Origin: Desulfomicrobium sp.
Lineage (GTDB): Bacteria; Desulfobacterota; Desulfovibrionia; Desulfovibrionales; Desulfomicrobiaceae
Reading direction: 5' to 3'
Assembly (NCBI GenBank): GCA_040768745.1
Contig: JAXGMI010000002.1
Coordinates: 192,001 to 256,000, forward strand
DNA: 64,000 bases
Part shown: positions 19,014-28,293 of the stretch, in pieces
How the letters are laid out: each line of letters begins with the position of its first letter
How positions within the stretch are numbered: the first letter of the stretch is position 1
Notes under the pieces: generated by a model
Database searches by the model: none
Seen by the model: only the letters and a program-made list of their open reading frames with translations
What the model was told of the DNA's origin: nothing
Translations under genes and position numbers: made by a program

Positions 19014-22000
19014 TTACGCTTTCTTCACGTTGACCATGAAGGCCTTGGTTTCCGGGATACCCGTGTTAGGATCACCGACAGCTGGGGTCAGCAGGTTGGC
19101 CGCATCGCCGCCATCCTTGGGCCAGACCCAGCCGAAGTGCCATGGAATGCCCACGACATGGACCGGGTTCCCCATTACTTCGAAGGGCTTGAAACGTTTG
19201 GTGACAATGGCGATGGCCCAGAGTTTGCCGCGCAGGTTCTCCAGAATGACCTTGTCGCCGTTCTTGATGCCCTTGAGCTCGGCCAATTCCTCGCTCATTT
19301 CGCAGAACATCTGGGGCTGGGCTTCCGTCAGCCAGGGCAGCCAGCGGGTCAAAACACCCGTCTGCCAGTGCTCCGTGACCCGGTAGGTGGTGCAGACAAA
19401 GGGGAAGCGGGGGTCGCAGACCGTGCGCTTGTAGGCTTCGTCGGCAAACTGCAGAGCCGTGGGGTTGTTCAGCTGCTTGGAGAAGGGATGCTCGGTGACC
19501 GGGCATTCCAACGGCTCGTAGTATTCCGGGAACGGGCCGTCGTTGAGGCCGGGCCCGTAGAGTGCGCCCAAGCCATGCTGCTGCATGATGAATGGGTAGA
19601 TCGTGCCGGCATCGCCGCCGCCGTCAACGATGTCGATGAGCCATTTCTTGTTGGCTGCATCCCAGGCCAGCACAGGCTTGTTCGGCGCCCAGGGCTTGCC
19701 GTTCATGTCCACTGCGGCCCGGTTGTAGATGATGCGGCGGTTGACCGGCCAGGACCAGGTCCAGTTGGGGAACAGGCCAATCTTTTCCTGTTCCGGGGTC
19801 TGGGTCTTGTCACGGCGGGCGGCCATGTTGCCTTTGGCCGTGTAGGACCCGCTGTAGATCCAGTTGCCGGAGCAGGTGGAGCCGTCGTCCTTCAGGAACA
19901 CAAAGCTGGCGAGCTGGGTGCCGGCCTTCATGGTCGTTTCCGTTCCGTCAGCAGCCTTCACCACCGTGTCTTTCAGGTAGTAGCCGTTGATCAACTTGGC
20001 CACCTTGTGCGGGTCGAAGACATGTCCGTCACCCCAGTCGCCGACGTTGAGGCCGAGAACGGGTTCAGGGAAGGCGCCCTTTTCCTTTTCGTACAGTTCG
20101 CGGATCTTCAATGCCAGCTCGTAGATGATGTCGCCGTCAGGTTTGCTCTCACCCATGGGGGCGGGGCCTGGGTAGCGCCACTGCATCCAGCGGCCGGAGT
20201 TGGAGATGGATCCTTCCTTTTCCACGGACACGGCGCAGGGCAGGAAGAAGACTTCTGTCTTGATCTGCTTGGGGTCCATGCCCGGTCCCTTCCAGAAAGA
20301 GCCGGTCTCGTTTTCGAAGATGTTGACGTTGACCATCCAGTCCAGGTTGGCCAGGGCCTGACGGGTCTTGTTGGAGTCGGCGCCGCTGGCGGCCGGATTC
20401 ATGCCCCAGGCAAAGAAGCCCTTGAACTGGCCTTTGTGCATCTTGTCGAAGAGCACGAGCCAGGAGGCGTTCTGGCCGTCGTCGAGTTTCGGCATCCATT
20501 CGTAGGCCTTGGCGGGCTCGATGTCCTTGTACAGGGACTTGCACAGGCTGGCCATGTATTTGGGCTGATTTTTCTTCCAGTTCAGGCTCTTGGGATCCTT
20601 GCTGACCGGCGAGATGGACTTGATGTAGTCCTCGTAGGTGGCCAAACTTGCTCTGGGCGTGGGCAGATAGCCCGGGATGATGTGGAAGAGCAGGGCCTGG
20701 TCCGTGGAGCCCTGGACGTTGGATTCGCCGCGCAGGGCGTTGACGCCGCCGCCGGCCACGCCCATGTTGCCCAGGAGCAGCTGGATGATGCTCATGGCCC
20801 GGATGTTCTGCACGCCGACAGTGTGCTGGGTCCAGCCCATGGCGTACAGGATGGTACCGGCCTTGTCGGGCTTGCCCGTGGCGCTGTATGCTTTGTAGAA
20901 TGCCAACAGCTTATCTTCCGGTGAACCGGAAATGGCAGACACCTTCTTGATGTCGTAACGGTCGTAGTGCTTCTTCAGGAGCTGGTACACGCAGCGAGGA
21001 TCCTGCAGGGTCATGTCCCGCTTGGGCACCCCGTTCTCATCCATCTCGAAGGCCCAGGATTTCTTGTCGTACTTGCGGGCTGCCTGGTCAAAACCCGAGA
21101 ACAGGCCGTCCTTGAAGTCGAAATCCTTGGAAACAAGGAACGATGCATTGGTGTAGCTGAGAACGTACTCTTTCTGGATCAGGTCATTGTCCAGAATGTA
21201 CTTGATCATGCCGCCCAGGACGCCGATGTCGGAGCCTGAACGCAGGGGAACGTAGAGATCGGATTTGGAGGAGGTGCGGGTGTAGCGCGGGTCCACATGA
21301 ATGACCATGCCGCCCTTTTCCTGCGCCCTGGTGACCCATTTCCAGCAGATGGGATGGTTTTCGGCAGCGTTGCTGCCCATTACGAGAATACAGTCACTGT
21401 TCTTGAAATCGATCCAGTGATTGGTCATTGCGCCGCGTCCGAACGACTCTGCCAGAGCCGCAACAGTCGCGCTGTGTCAAATACGGGCCTGATGCTCTAT
21501 GTAGGTTAACCCCAGACTGCGGAGAAATGCCTGGTAGATCCAGCATTCCTCGTTGTCCATGGCGGCCGAGCCACACGAGGCGATGGCTTCGGTGCGGTTG
21601 ACAACCTGTCCTTTGGCATTGCTGCCGGTGAAGGACGCGTCACGGACACTCTTCACGCGTTTGGCGATTTCTTCCAATGCCCATTCCCAGCTCTTCTCTT
21701 CCCATTTGTCGCTGTTGGGGGCGCGGTACTGGACTTTGGTGACGCGTTTGGGATTCTCGGCCAGCTGAAAAGTGGCCGCGCCTTTGGCGCAAAGAGCGCC
21801 TTCGTTGATGGGATGGTCCGGGTCGCCTTCGATGTTGATGGCGCGTTTGGTGGCTTCGTCCGTGGTGACGATGAGTCCGCAGCCCACGGAACAGTAGCAG
21901 CAGACCGATGTGGTTTCTTTGCCTTTGCGCAGACTCATGAGCTGCGCGTGGGCCTTGGTCGGGGCCAGGTCAAACCCAAGGCCTCCGAAGGCCGTGACCG

Positions 22001-22049
22001 CGGTAGCCGCAGCCGTGAGTTTGACGAATTCTCTTCTTCCCAGTTTCAT
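19014..22049 (-). CDS. fdhA: Formate dehydrogenase alpha subunit, selenocysteine-containing, Tat-exported (FdnG type)
   Basis: Two ORFs in one frame joined at UGA 21477-21479: EHQARI-U-HSATVAALAESFGRGAMTNHW; Tat motif RREF; CCYCSVGC Fe-S motif; LRGESNVQG; C-terminal PETKAF; GGAGG RBS. Confidence 0.95.
21441..21476 (-). promoter_or_regulatory. Putative bacterial SECIS element
   Basis: Immediately 3' of the Sec UGA; apical hairpin ggcucu-GGC-agaguc with a G-containing loop. Confidence 0.7.
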
Positions 22050-22362
22050 GCCGTTCCTCCTGACAATGGTTCTGGTTTTACCTGCCACGGATTTCCCGGC
22101 CCAGGCGGATGCAAAACCGCCTGCCAACCGGGAGGGGGATTTCTGAGGCGGGTCGCCACAGATACTGATTGACGTTCATCAGCGTAGGGCGCCTGCGGAA
22201 AACCCGCCCAAGATCAAAGCCGAGTCCGGAAAAGGGGAACATGCATTCCGGCGAAAGGGTTTCGCCCTGGCTTGCCGAAGGAAGTTGATTCTTCAGTACC
22301 TTATCCGAACATCGCATGCTGCGGTGTATGAATCAAAAAAAAGGAAATGCGCAAGGAGAAGG

Positions 22363-23223
22363 TTAATCCTCAAAGTCCGGCACCAGATCACAAAGATATT
22401 TGGCCAGGATAGGAAAGATGTCTTGCGTTCTGTGGTTATATCTGAACTCCAGCTCCTTGATGTAGAGTGGAAAATTGCGGGGCGAGATGCCCTTCAGCCT
22501 CCGGAACCATTCCTTGGAGTAGGACCAGAACCCCTTGGATGAGTCGATGAAAAGCCCTTTGTCCGCATGCTTGATGTTGTACGTGGCAGAGAGGCGGCTC
22601 CCGCCGACAAGGAGGGCTGAATACTGTTTAAATTGATCAGTATAAATGATTTTGCCGAGGCTTGCAGTCTTCAGATGAAAGTTCATTTTGAAGTGCACGA
22701 TGTTGTCTTCGTCCAGTTCGGGGATGAGGTCGGCAAACACATGCGGACCGCGTTCGACAATGCCGAAGACAGGCATGCGTCCTCCGACCTTGGAGCTGAC
22801 ATCGAGGTGGAATTTTCCGGACTTGCCGAAGCCCAGACCTTCAATGGAGCGGATAATGAGGGAGGCGTCCAGGGAGTGTGCCAGGATGGCCATGCGCAAG
22901 GTGGTTACTGATTTGTAGGCGGTGTTGTAGGATACGGACAACTGTTCGGCCATGCGGCCGGTGGGCACCTCAAGTTCAAAGAGTTTGATGAGTCGCAGCC
23001 ATTGCTGGCAGGTGATGTTTCCGTTGTTGATGAAACGCTGGCTGAAGTCGTGAAACGTATAGGCGCAACGCCCACAACGCCGCCGCCCACCCTGCAGGGT
23101 GTAGATTCTGCGGGACCGGCATTTAGGGCAAAATCTTTGATGGTTTTTCCAGCAAAAATGCAACAAAAATTTTTTTGCTGTATTTTCATTTTTAACAATT
23201 TTTTCAAAAGATTGTAGATCCAT
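22363..23223 (-). CDS. IS1595-family transposase-derived protein (Zn ribbon + HTH + degenerate DDE domain), apparently catalytically inactive
   Basis: FCPKC..CGRC, QLSVSYNTAY HTH, PVFGIVERG, IIYTD, GFWS, LYIKELEFRYNHR; lacks the E-x-D-E-(T/S) and H-x-N-x-I-E motifs; no terminal inverted repeats seen. Confidence 0.8.
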   Translation of the reverse strand: MDLQSFEKIVKNENTAKKFLLHFCWKNHQRFCPKCRSRRIYTLQGGRRRCGRCAYTFHDFSQRFINNGNITCQQWLRLIKLFELEVPTGRMAEQLSVSYNTAYKSVTTLRMAILAHSLDASLIIRSIEGLGFGKSGKFHLDVSSKVGGRMPVFGIVERGPHVFADLIPELDEDNIVHFKMNFHLKTASLGKIIYTDQFKQYSALLVGGSRLSATYNIKHADKGLFIDSSKGFWSYSKEWFRRLKGISPRNFPLYIKELEFRYNHRTQDIFPILAKYLCDLVPDFED

Positions 23224-23455
23224 TTGTGCTATTATTCAGTGTAAAAATTTGAGTATTAATCTAAAAATTCTGAAATGTGTTTTTTTCGATTAGCCACAAA
23301 CCATCAGGGTTTTATTATGTCAGAATTGATATAATCATCGTGTGCTCAAATATTCCAATTCATGGTTTGACACAAAATAGTCTGTTTGCAGCCTGTAATC
23401 AACTCCCGAAGTGCATCCGCAGCGGAATGCTATCCCGTGCACAAGGAGCAAAAGG

Positions 23456-24703
23456 ATGCACGTCTTCCAAGGAGCCCGGTCGGTGCAATTATACGATTAC
23501 CTTTTTTTGCTCTTCAGCCTTGTGTTCCTCAGTTCGTGCAGAGATGCGGACGTGCAGATCCCCATGTCTCAACTAGGGATCGGGGTGAACAGCTCCGAGG
23601 TCGTTTTTGGATCGTCCCTGGCCCTGCAGGGACATGCCGGGTATCTCGGCCAGGAGACATTGCGCGGAGCCATGAGTTACCTCCAGCACGTCAATGATCG
23701 CGGCGGAGTGCATGGTCGGACCGTCCGGCTGATCGCCCGGGATGATTCCTACGACCCTCCAAAATGCCTGCAAAATACCCAGAAATTTTTAATCGAAGAC
23801 CAGGTGTTTGGGCTGTTCAGCTTCGTAGGCACCCCGACAGCGGTCAAAATTCTGCCCCTGGTGGAGGAGGCCGAGGTGCCTCTTTTAGGCATGTTCACAG
23901 GTGCCAATGCCTTGCGCGAGCCCTTCACGTCCAATCTCATCAATGTGCGCGCTTCCTATTACCAGGAAACAGATGCCGCGGTGCAGCACATGGTCAGGGA
24001 TCTGCATCTGACCCGCATCGCCGTTTTCTACCAATACGACGCTTACGGATTCGACGGCTTGATCGGCACAGAGCTAGCCCTGAAACGTTTCGGCTTGGAG
24101 CCCGTGGCCCGTGGAAGTTACGTGCGCGGCACCCAGGACATCGGAGAGGGCTTTGATCGCATCCGGGAGGCTGGAGCAGAGGCAGTGTTCATGATTGGTA
24201 CCTCCGATCCCTGCGCAAATTTCATTCGCAAATCCATGGAGTCGGGCTATGATCCCATTTTCTATATGGTGTCCTTTGTCGGCGCCAAGGAATTGGCCCG
24301 CAACCTCTTTGGAACGGGTACCAGCAACGCCAATGTGCTGATGTCCCAGGTCGTTCCGCCGCCGATCATGCCGGACGGGAAGGTTACGGAAAGCGCCGAG
24401 GAGTTTGTCCGCCTGCTGGGAAAGTACTTTCCCGGGGAGGAGCCCAATTTTGTGGGCTTCGAGGGCTACATCAACGCCAAGGTTCTGGTCGAAGCGTTGC
24501 ACAGGGCGGGTCGCGATCTGACCAGACAATCCTTCCTGGGCGCCATCAGCTCCATGACCGATTTTTCCCTGGGCAAAGATGTAAGCCTGTCGTTTGGACC
24601 TGCGGACAATCAGGGCATGGACAAGGTGTACTTCACCCGTCTGCATGACGGGAGGTTCGTCCTCGTCGAAGACTGGAAGCGACTGCCCCAGGGGCGGCAA
24701 TGA
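23456..24703 (+). CDS. Periplasmic ligand-binding lipoprotein (LivJ/PBP type 1 family)
   Basis: Lipobox-like LVFLSSC; VNDRGGVHGR, DDSYDP, FVGTPT, NVRASY, FEGYINAK; AAGGAG RBS. Confidence 0.85.
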   Translation: MHVFQGARSVQLYDYLFLLFSLVFLSSCRDADVQIPMSQLGIGVNSSEVVFGSSLALQGHAGYLGQETLRGAMSYLQHVNDRGGVHGRTVRLIARDDSYDPPKCLQNTQKFLIEDQVFGLFSFVGTPTAVKILPLVEEAEVPLLGMFTGANALREPFTSNLINVRASYYQETDAAVQHMVRDLHLTRIAVFYQYDAYGFDGLIGTELALKRFGLEPVARGSYVRGTQDIGEGFDRIREAGAEAVFMIGTSDPCANFIRKSMESGYDPIFYMVSFVGAKELARNLFGTGTSNANVLMSQVVPPPIMPDGKVTESAEEFVRLLGKYFPGEEPNFVGFEGYINAKVLVEALHRAGRDLTRQSFLGAISSMTDFSLGKDVSLSFGPADNQGMDKVYFTRLHDGRFVLVEDWKRLPQGRQ

Positions 24704-26694
24704 AACCGTATGCCCGCATTTCCCTCAAGAACAAGATCTTTGTCTCCATTCTTGCGGTCATTTTGGTCATCAGTATAACCATCGCGCTTTTGGCGCGCTG
24801 GATCCTCATTTCAGGTCTGAACAAGGAACTGGAGCTGCGTGGTGTGGCCGTGGCTTCCTCCATCGCCGAGCGTGGAACCGGGTTTGTCCTGGATAAGAAC
24901 TCTCCTGAACTGCTGAGCCTGATTTTTGACGAGGCCCGATTGAGGGAGCGCCAGCATCTGATCAACTATATTTTCGTGCTGGATCGCAACGACCAGGTGC
25001 TGTCCCATACCTTCAGCGTGCCCTTTCCGGCGGCCCTGGCCCTGGCCAACCCCATCCCGGAAGGGAAGGAGCAAAGCGTCTACCTTGTGGAGCATGGGCA
25101 TCATACCTCTTACGATATCGCGGTGCCCATGAACGAAGGCCTGTACCGCATCGGGAGCGTGCATGTCGGTTTGAGCAAGGAACACATCGACATGCTGGTG
25201 GCCAAGTTGCGATTCATGTTCCTGGGCTTTATCTCAGCGGTCGTCATCATCATTTTCTATGTCAGCCTTCGTATTTCCCGCTATATCACCAGCCCTATCG
25301 CGCGACTGACCGCCATCTCGGATGAACTGAGTCGTGGAAATTTCGACGTGAACATGGGCATGGGCAGAGGCCTGGACTGGGCCGTGATCAACTGCCCTGC
25401 CTACAAGGATACGAACATGCCCTGTTGGCATTTCGACGAACAAGCCAGAGTGAACCGCGATGCCGAGAGAAATACCGGCCAGGTCTGCTCTACATGTCTG
25501 TTCTACCGGAAGCGGGAGGGGGACGAGGTCATCCAGTTGGCCGATTCATTCATGAACATGGTCTGGTCTATCAGACTCTATCGCAAGCGCTTGCAAGAAT
25601 CGGAAATGAAGTACCGGTCCCTGTTCGATTCCGGACCGGATCCGATCTTTGTTGTCGATTGCGCAACAGGCACGGTGCTGGATGCAAATCCCCGGGCAGA
25701 GGAAACCTATGGGTATGCCAGAAGCGAACTGGTTGGGTTGCCATTTTCGAGACTCGCCCAGGACAATGTGCGGGAGAGCCTGGCCTCCCTGGATGAGGCA
25801 TCCACGCCGACGGGTTGTGTGTACTACCCGAAGGTTCTGCACTACAAAAAGGGGGATCAGCCGTTCTATGTGAATATGCATGCCTGTCCCATCAGTTACG
25901 GCAAGACTCTCTCAGTCATCGTGGCCGTGACCGATATCACCGAAATGATGGAAAAGGATGCCCAATTGATACAGGCCGCAAAGATGAAGACCCTGGGAGA
26001 AATGAGCGCGGGCATCGCACATGAGATCAATCAGCCCCTGAACGCCATCAAAATGGGCAGTGAATTCCTGAACCTGCTGATCGAGCAGAATCGTGAACTG
26101 ACCGAAACCCAGGTCCGGGATATGGTCAATGTGATCAGTCAGCAGGTGGACAGGGCCTCGGACATCATCAACAACCTGCGGGCCTTTGGAAAAAAATCAG
26201 GAATTGTCCTGGAGCGGGTGCACATGAACGATCCCATCCGCGGGGTGCTGTCCATCATTGGCCGTCAGTTTTCTCTCCAGCGCATCACAATCCGTCTTGA
26301 ACTTGCCGAAGCGTTGCCGACCGTCTTCGGGCATAACAACCGTCTGCAGCAAGTCTTCTTCAACCTGCTCAACAACGCCCGTGACGCAATCCAGGAGAAA
26401 ATGGAAAGTGAGCCCGCCCTGAGGGGGGATATCCTGATCAAAACGTATGCCGAAGCAGGTCGGGTTTTCGTCTCCTTTGCCGACAATGGGGCTGGAATTC
26501 CCGAAAACGTCCGCAACAAGATATTCGAGCCGTTTTTCACCACCAAGCAGACGGGAAAAGGCATGGGACTGGGGCTGGCCATCACCTATGGCATTGTCCG
26601 GGATTATGGTGGGACCATCACGATTGACAGCTGTCCAGGCCAGGGCACCACCTTTGTGTTGAGCTTCCCGGGTGTTGACGAGACAGACGGATAA
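24700..26694 (+). CDS. Membrane sensor histidine kinase (periplasmic domain, HAMP with Cys-rich insert, PAS, HisKA, HATPase)
   Basis: Two TMs; [12 protein letters not shown]-box; [33 protein letters not shown] overlap with the upstream gene. Confidence 0.92.
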   Translation: MKPYARISLKNKIFVSILAVILVISITIALLARWILISGLNKELELRGVAVASSIAERGTGFVLDKNSPELLSLIFDEARLRERQHLINYIFVLDRNDQVLSHTFSVPFPAALALANPIPEGKEQSVYLVEHGHHTSYDIAVPMNEGLYRIGSVHVGLSKEHIDMLVAKLRFMFLGFISAVVIIIFYVSLRISRYITSPIARLTAISDELSRGNFDVNMGMGRGLDWAVINCPAYKDTNMPCWHFDEQARVNRDAERNTGQVCSTCLFYRKREGDEVIQLADSFMNMVWSIRLYRKRLQESEMKYRSLFDSGPDPIFVVDCATGTVLDANPRAEETYGYARSELVGLPFSRLAQDNVRESLASLDEASTPTGCVYYPKVLHYKKGDQPFYVNMHACPISYGKTLSVIVAVTDITEMMEKDAQLIQAAKMKTLGEMSAGIAHEINQPLNAIKMGSEFLNLLIEQNRELTETQVRDMVNVISQQVDRASDIINNLRAFGKKSGIVLERVHMNDPIRGVLSIIGRQFSLQRITIRLELAEALPTVFGHNNRLQQVFFNLLNNARDAIQEKMESEPALRGDILIKTYAEAGRVFVSFADNGAGIPENVRNKIFEPFFTTKQTGKGMGLGLAITYGIVRDYGGTITIDSCPGQGTTFVLSFPGVDETDG

Positions 26695-26740
26695 TGGCTG
26701 TAATTGCCTGCGTTCACCTCAATCCGCTGGGATGTCCGGA

Positions 26741-27457
26741 ATGACACACGAAAAAATACTGGTCATTGATGATGAAAAGCCAACCCTCAAGATGTTCAGG
26801 CTTTTCCTGGAGGTGTATGGCTTTGAGATCATGACGGCCGAGTCAGGAGAAGAGGGGTTGAAGGTTTTCGAGCGGGAGAGACCGGATATTGTGCTGACCG
26901 ATATCAGGATGCCCGGGATGGGCGGCATTGAGGTGCTGCAGGAAATCAAACGACGTTCACCCGCAACTGAGGTCATTGTCATCACAGGGCATGGGGACAT
27001 GGACCTCGCCATCCAGGCCCTCAACCTCGATGCGGCGGATTTCATCAACAAGCCAATCCAGCGTCAGAATCTGGAGGAAGGTTTGATCCGGGCCAGGGTG
27101 CGGCTGCAATTGGCCCGCAGCCGGCAAAAAGAAGTCAGCCTCAGAAAGGTCGGCGGTGCCTTGGTCATCGATATTCATGGCCGTTTCGGTTCACACAGCG
27201 AACCGTACCTGCGCGAAGTGTACTCCAAGGCTGTGGACTCCCGCACACGACGTATCATTCTCAATTTTGACCCCAATACATCCATCAATGGGGCTGGGAT
27301 TGCCATTTTGACGCAGCTGTTCATGGACAGTGAAAGGGCTGGCATGGAAATGGTCATGGCTGGGCTGTCAGACAATTTCCGCATGGTATTCGGCATGGTG
27401 GGATTGAGTCAACTGGCTGAGATGCATGACACTTTGGAGCAAGCACTGAATCCTTGA
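26741..27457 (+). CDS. Response regulator with C-terminal STAS (anti-anti-sigma-like) domain
   Basis: ILVIDDE, LTDIRMPG, ITGHG, FINKP; then IILNFD..SINGAG, GLSDNFRMVFGMVGL. Confidence 0.87.
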   Translation: MTHEKILVIDDEKPTLKMFRLFLEVYGFEIMTAESGEEGLKVFERERPDIVLTDIRMPGMGGIEVLQEIKRRSPATEVIVITGHGDMDLAIQALNLDAADFINKPIQRQNLEEGLIRARVRLQLARSRQKEVSLRKVGGALVIDIHGRFGSHSEPYLREVYSKAVDSRTRRIILNFDPNTSINGAGIAILTQLFMDSERAGMEMVMAGLSDNFRMVFGMVGLSQLAEMHDTLEQALNP

Positions 27458-27545
27458 TCTTCAAAATGTACACCGCCACGGAGAGGGTGAGCGGAAGGAG
27501 ACTGTTTATTCCGGCATGGTCGTCCGAGGTGACGCCCGCGCACGG

Positions 27546-28130
27546 CTACAGCACGTGGACCTCGCTGTTGTCCAATTTGCGCAGGTCATGAGGGTAGTTG
27601 ACGTTGAAGAAAAATTTGCCGTCATTCTCCGCATAGGTAATTGTATGGCGCAAGGATGGGGGGATGAGTCGGCTCAATTTGAAGACTCCCCGGGCCACAC
27701 CCTGTTCGAGATGAGGAAGAGCCCCGTCTTCGTAGATGGCGACCAAGGCCTCGATAAACCCCGTGCCCCCTTGTTCCCATGTGGTCATCACGCAGTGGGG
27801 AGGGCGCTTGGCGTGGGCCTGCAGGAGCTGTCGCACAACGCTGTCTTCCATGAATGGCAGGTCGCAGGCCAGCACAAGCAGCGGCCCACCCAGGCGCCTG
27901 AGGGCAGTGATGATGCCGCCCACCGGTCCCATCCGCTCCGTCGCATCAACAATGACCGGCAGGGGCAACGGCATGGTTTCCGGGTGCCTGCAGGAGATAT
28001 AGACCTCTTCGCAATGCCGGCCCAGAAGTGCTGCCGAGCGTTCCAAAAGGGTCTGTCCTCCATGTAGGACTGCAGTTTTGTCTTGCCCCAGGCGGGAGGA
28101 TTGTCCCCCTGCCAGCACGACTCCTCTCAT
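27546..28130 (-). CDS. mobA: Molybdenum cofactor guanylyltransferase
   Basis: VVLAGGQSSRLGQDK, GPVGGI, LACDLP, FFNVNYP. Confidence 0.92.
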   Translation of the reverse strand: MRGVVLAGGQSSRLGQDKTAVLHGGQTLLERSAALLGRHCEEVYISCRHPETMPLPLPVIVDATERMGPVGGIITALRRLGGPLLVLACDLPFMEDSVVRQLLQAHAKRPPHCVMTTWEQGGTGFIEALVAIYEDGALPHLEQGVARGVFKLSRLIPPSLRHTITYAENDGKFFFNVNYPHDLRKLDNSEVHVL

Positions 28131-28293
28131 GTTCTCCCCGGTATGTCAGTTTCGTTGGCCTGTCCTTGCCGGAGACGTCACAGGGAATCCACCGGCATGA
28201 ACGCACCCCTGCGAAAGTGACGCTGCAAAGGACCGTCTTGGAACGCATGTGGTGCCCAGTTCGGTAGGCAGAAGGTTCCTGTTTACGCCCCTG

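Noticed and set aside
18987..20924. 645-aa plus-strand ORF and similar long antisense ORFs (35511-37850, 40892-42847, 58772-60316, 2026-3291)
   Set aside because: Shadow frames opposite well-supported genes, expected in GC-rich DNA; no recognisable motifs
21477..21479. fdhA as a nonsense pseudogene
   Set aside because: The UGA is exactly at the Sec/Cys ligand position, the frame continues, and a SECIS-like hairpin follows
22110..22127. Sigma54 promoter TTGGCAGGCGGTTTTGCA upstream of fdhA
   Set aside because: GG-to-GC spacing is 11 nt rather than the required 10
22363..23223. Active IS1595 insertion sequence
   Set aside because: Catalytic motifs are eroded and no terminal inverted repeats or target duplication are visible; reported as a CDS instead
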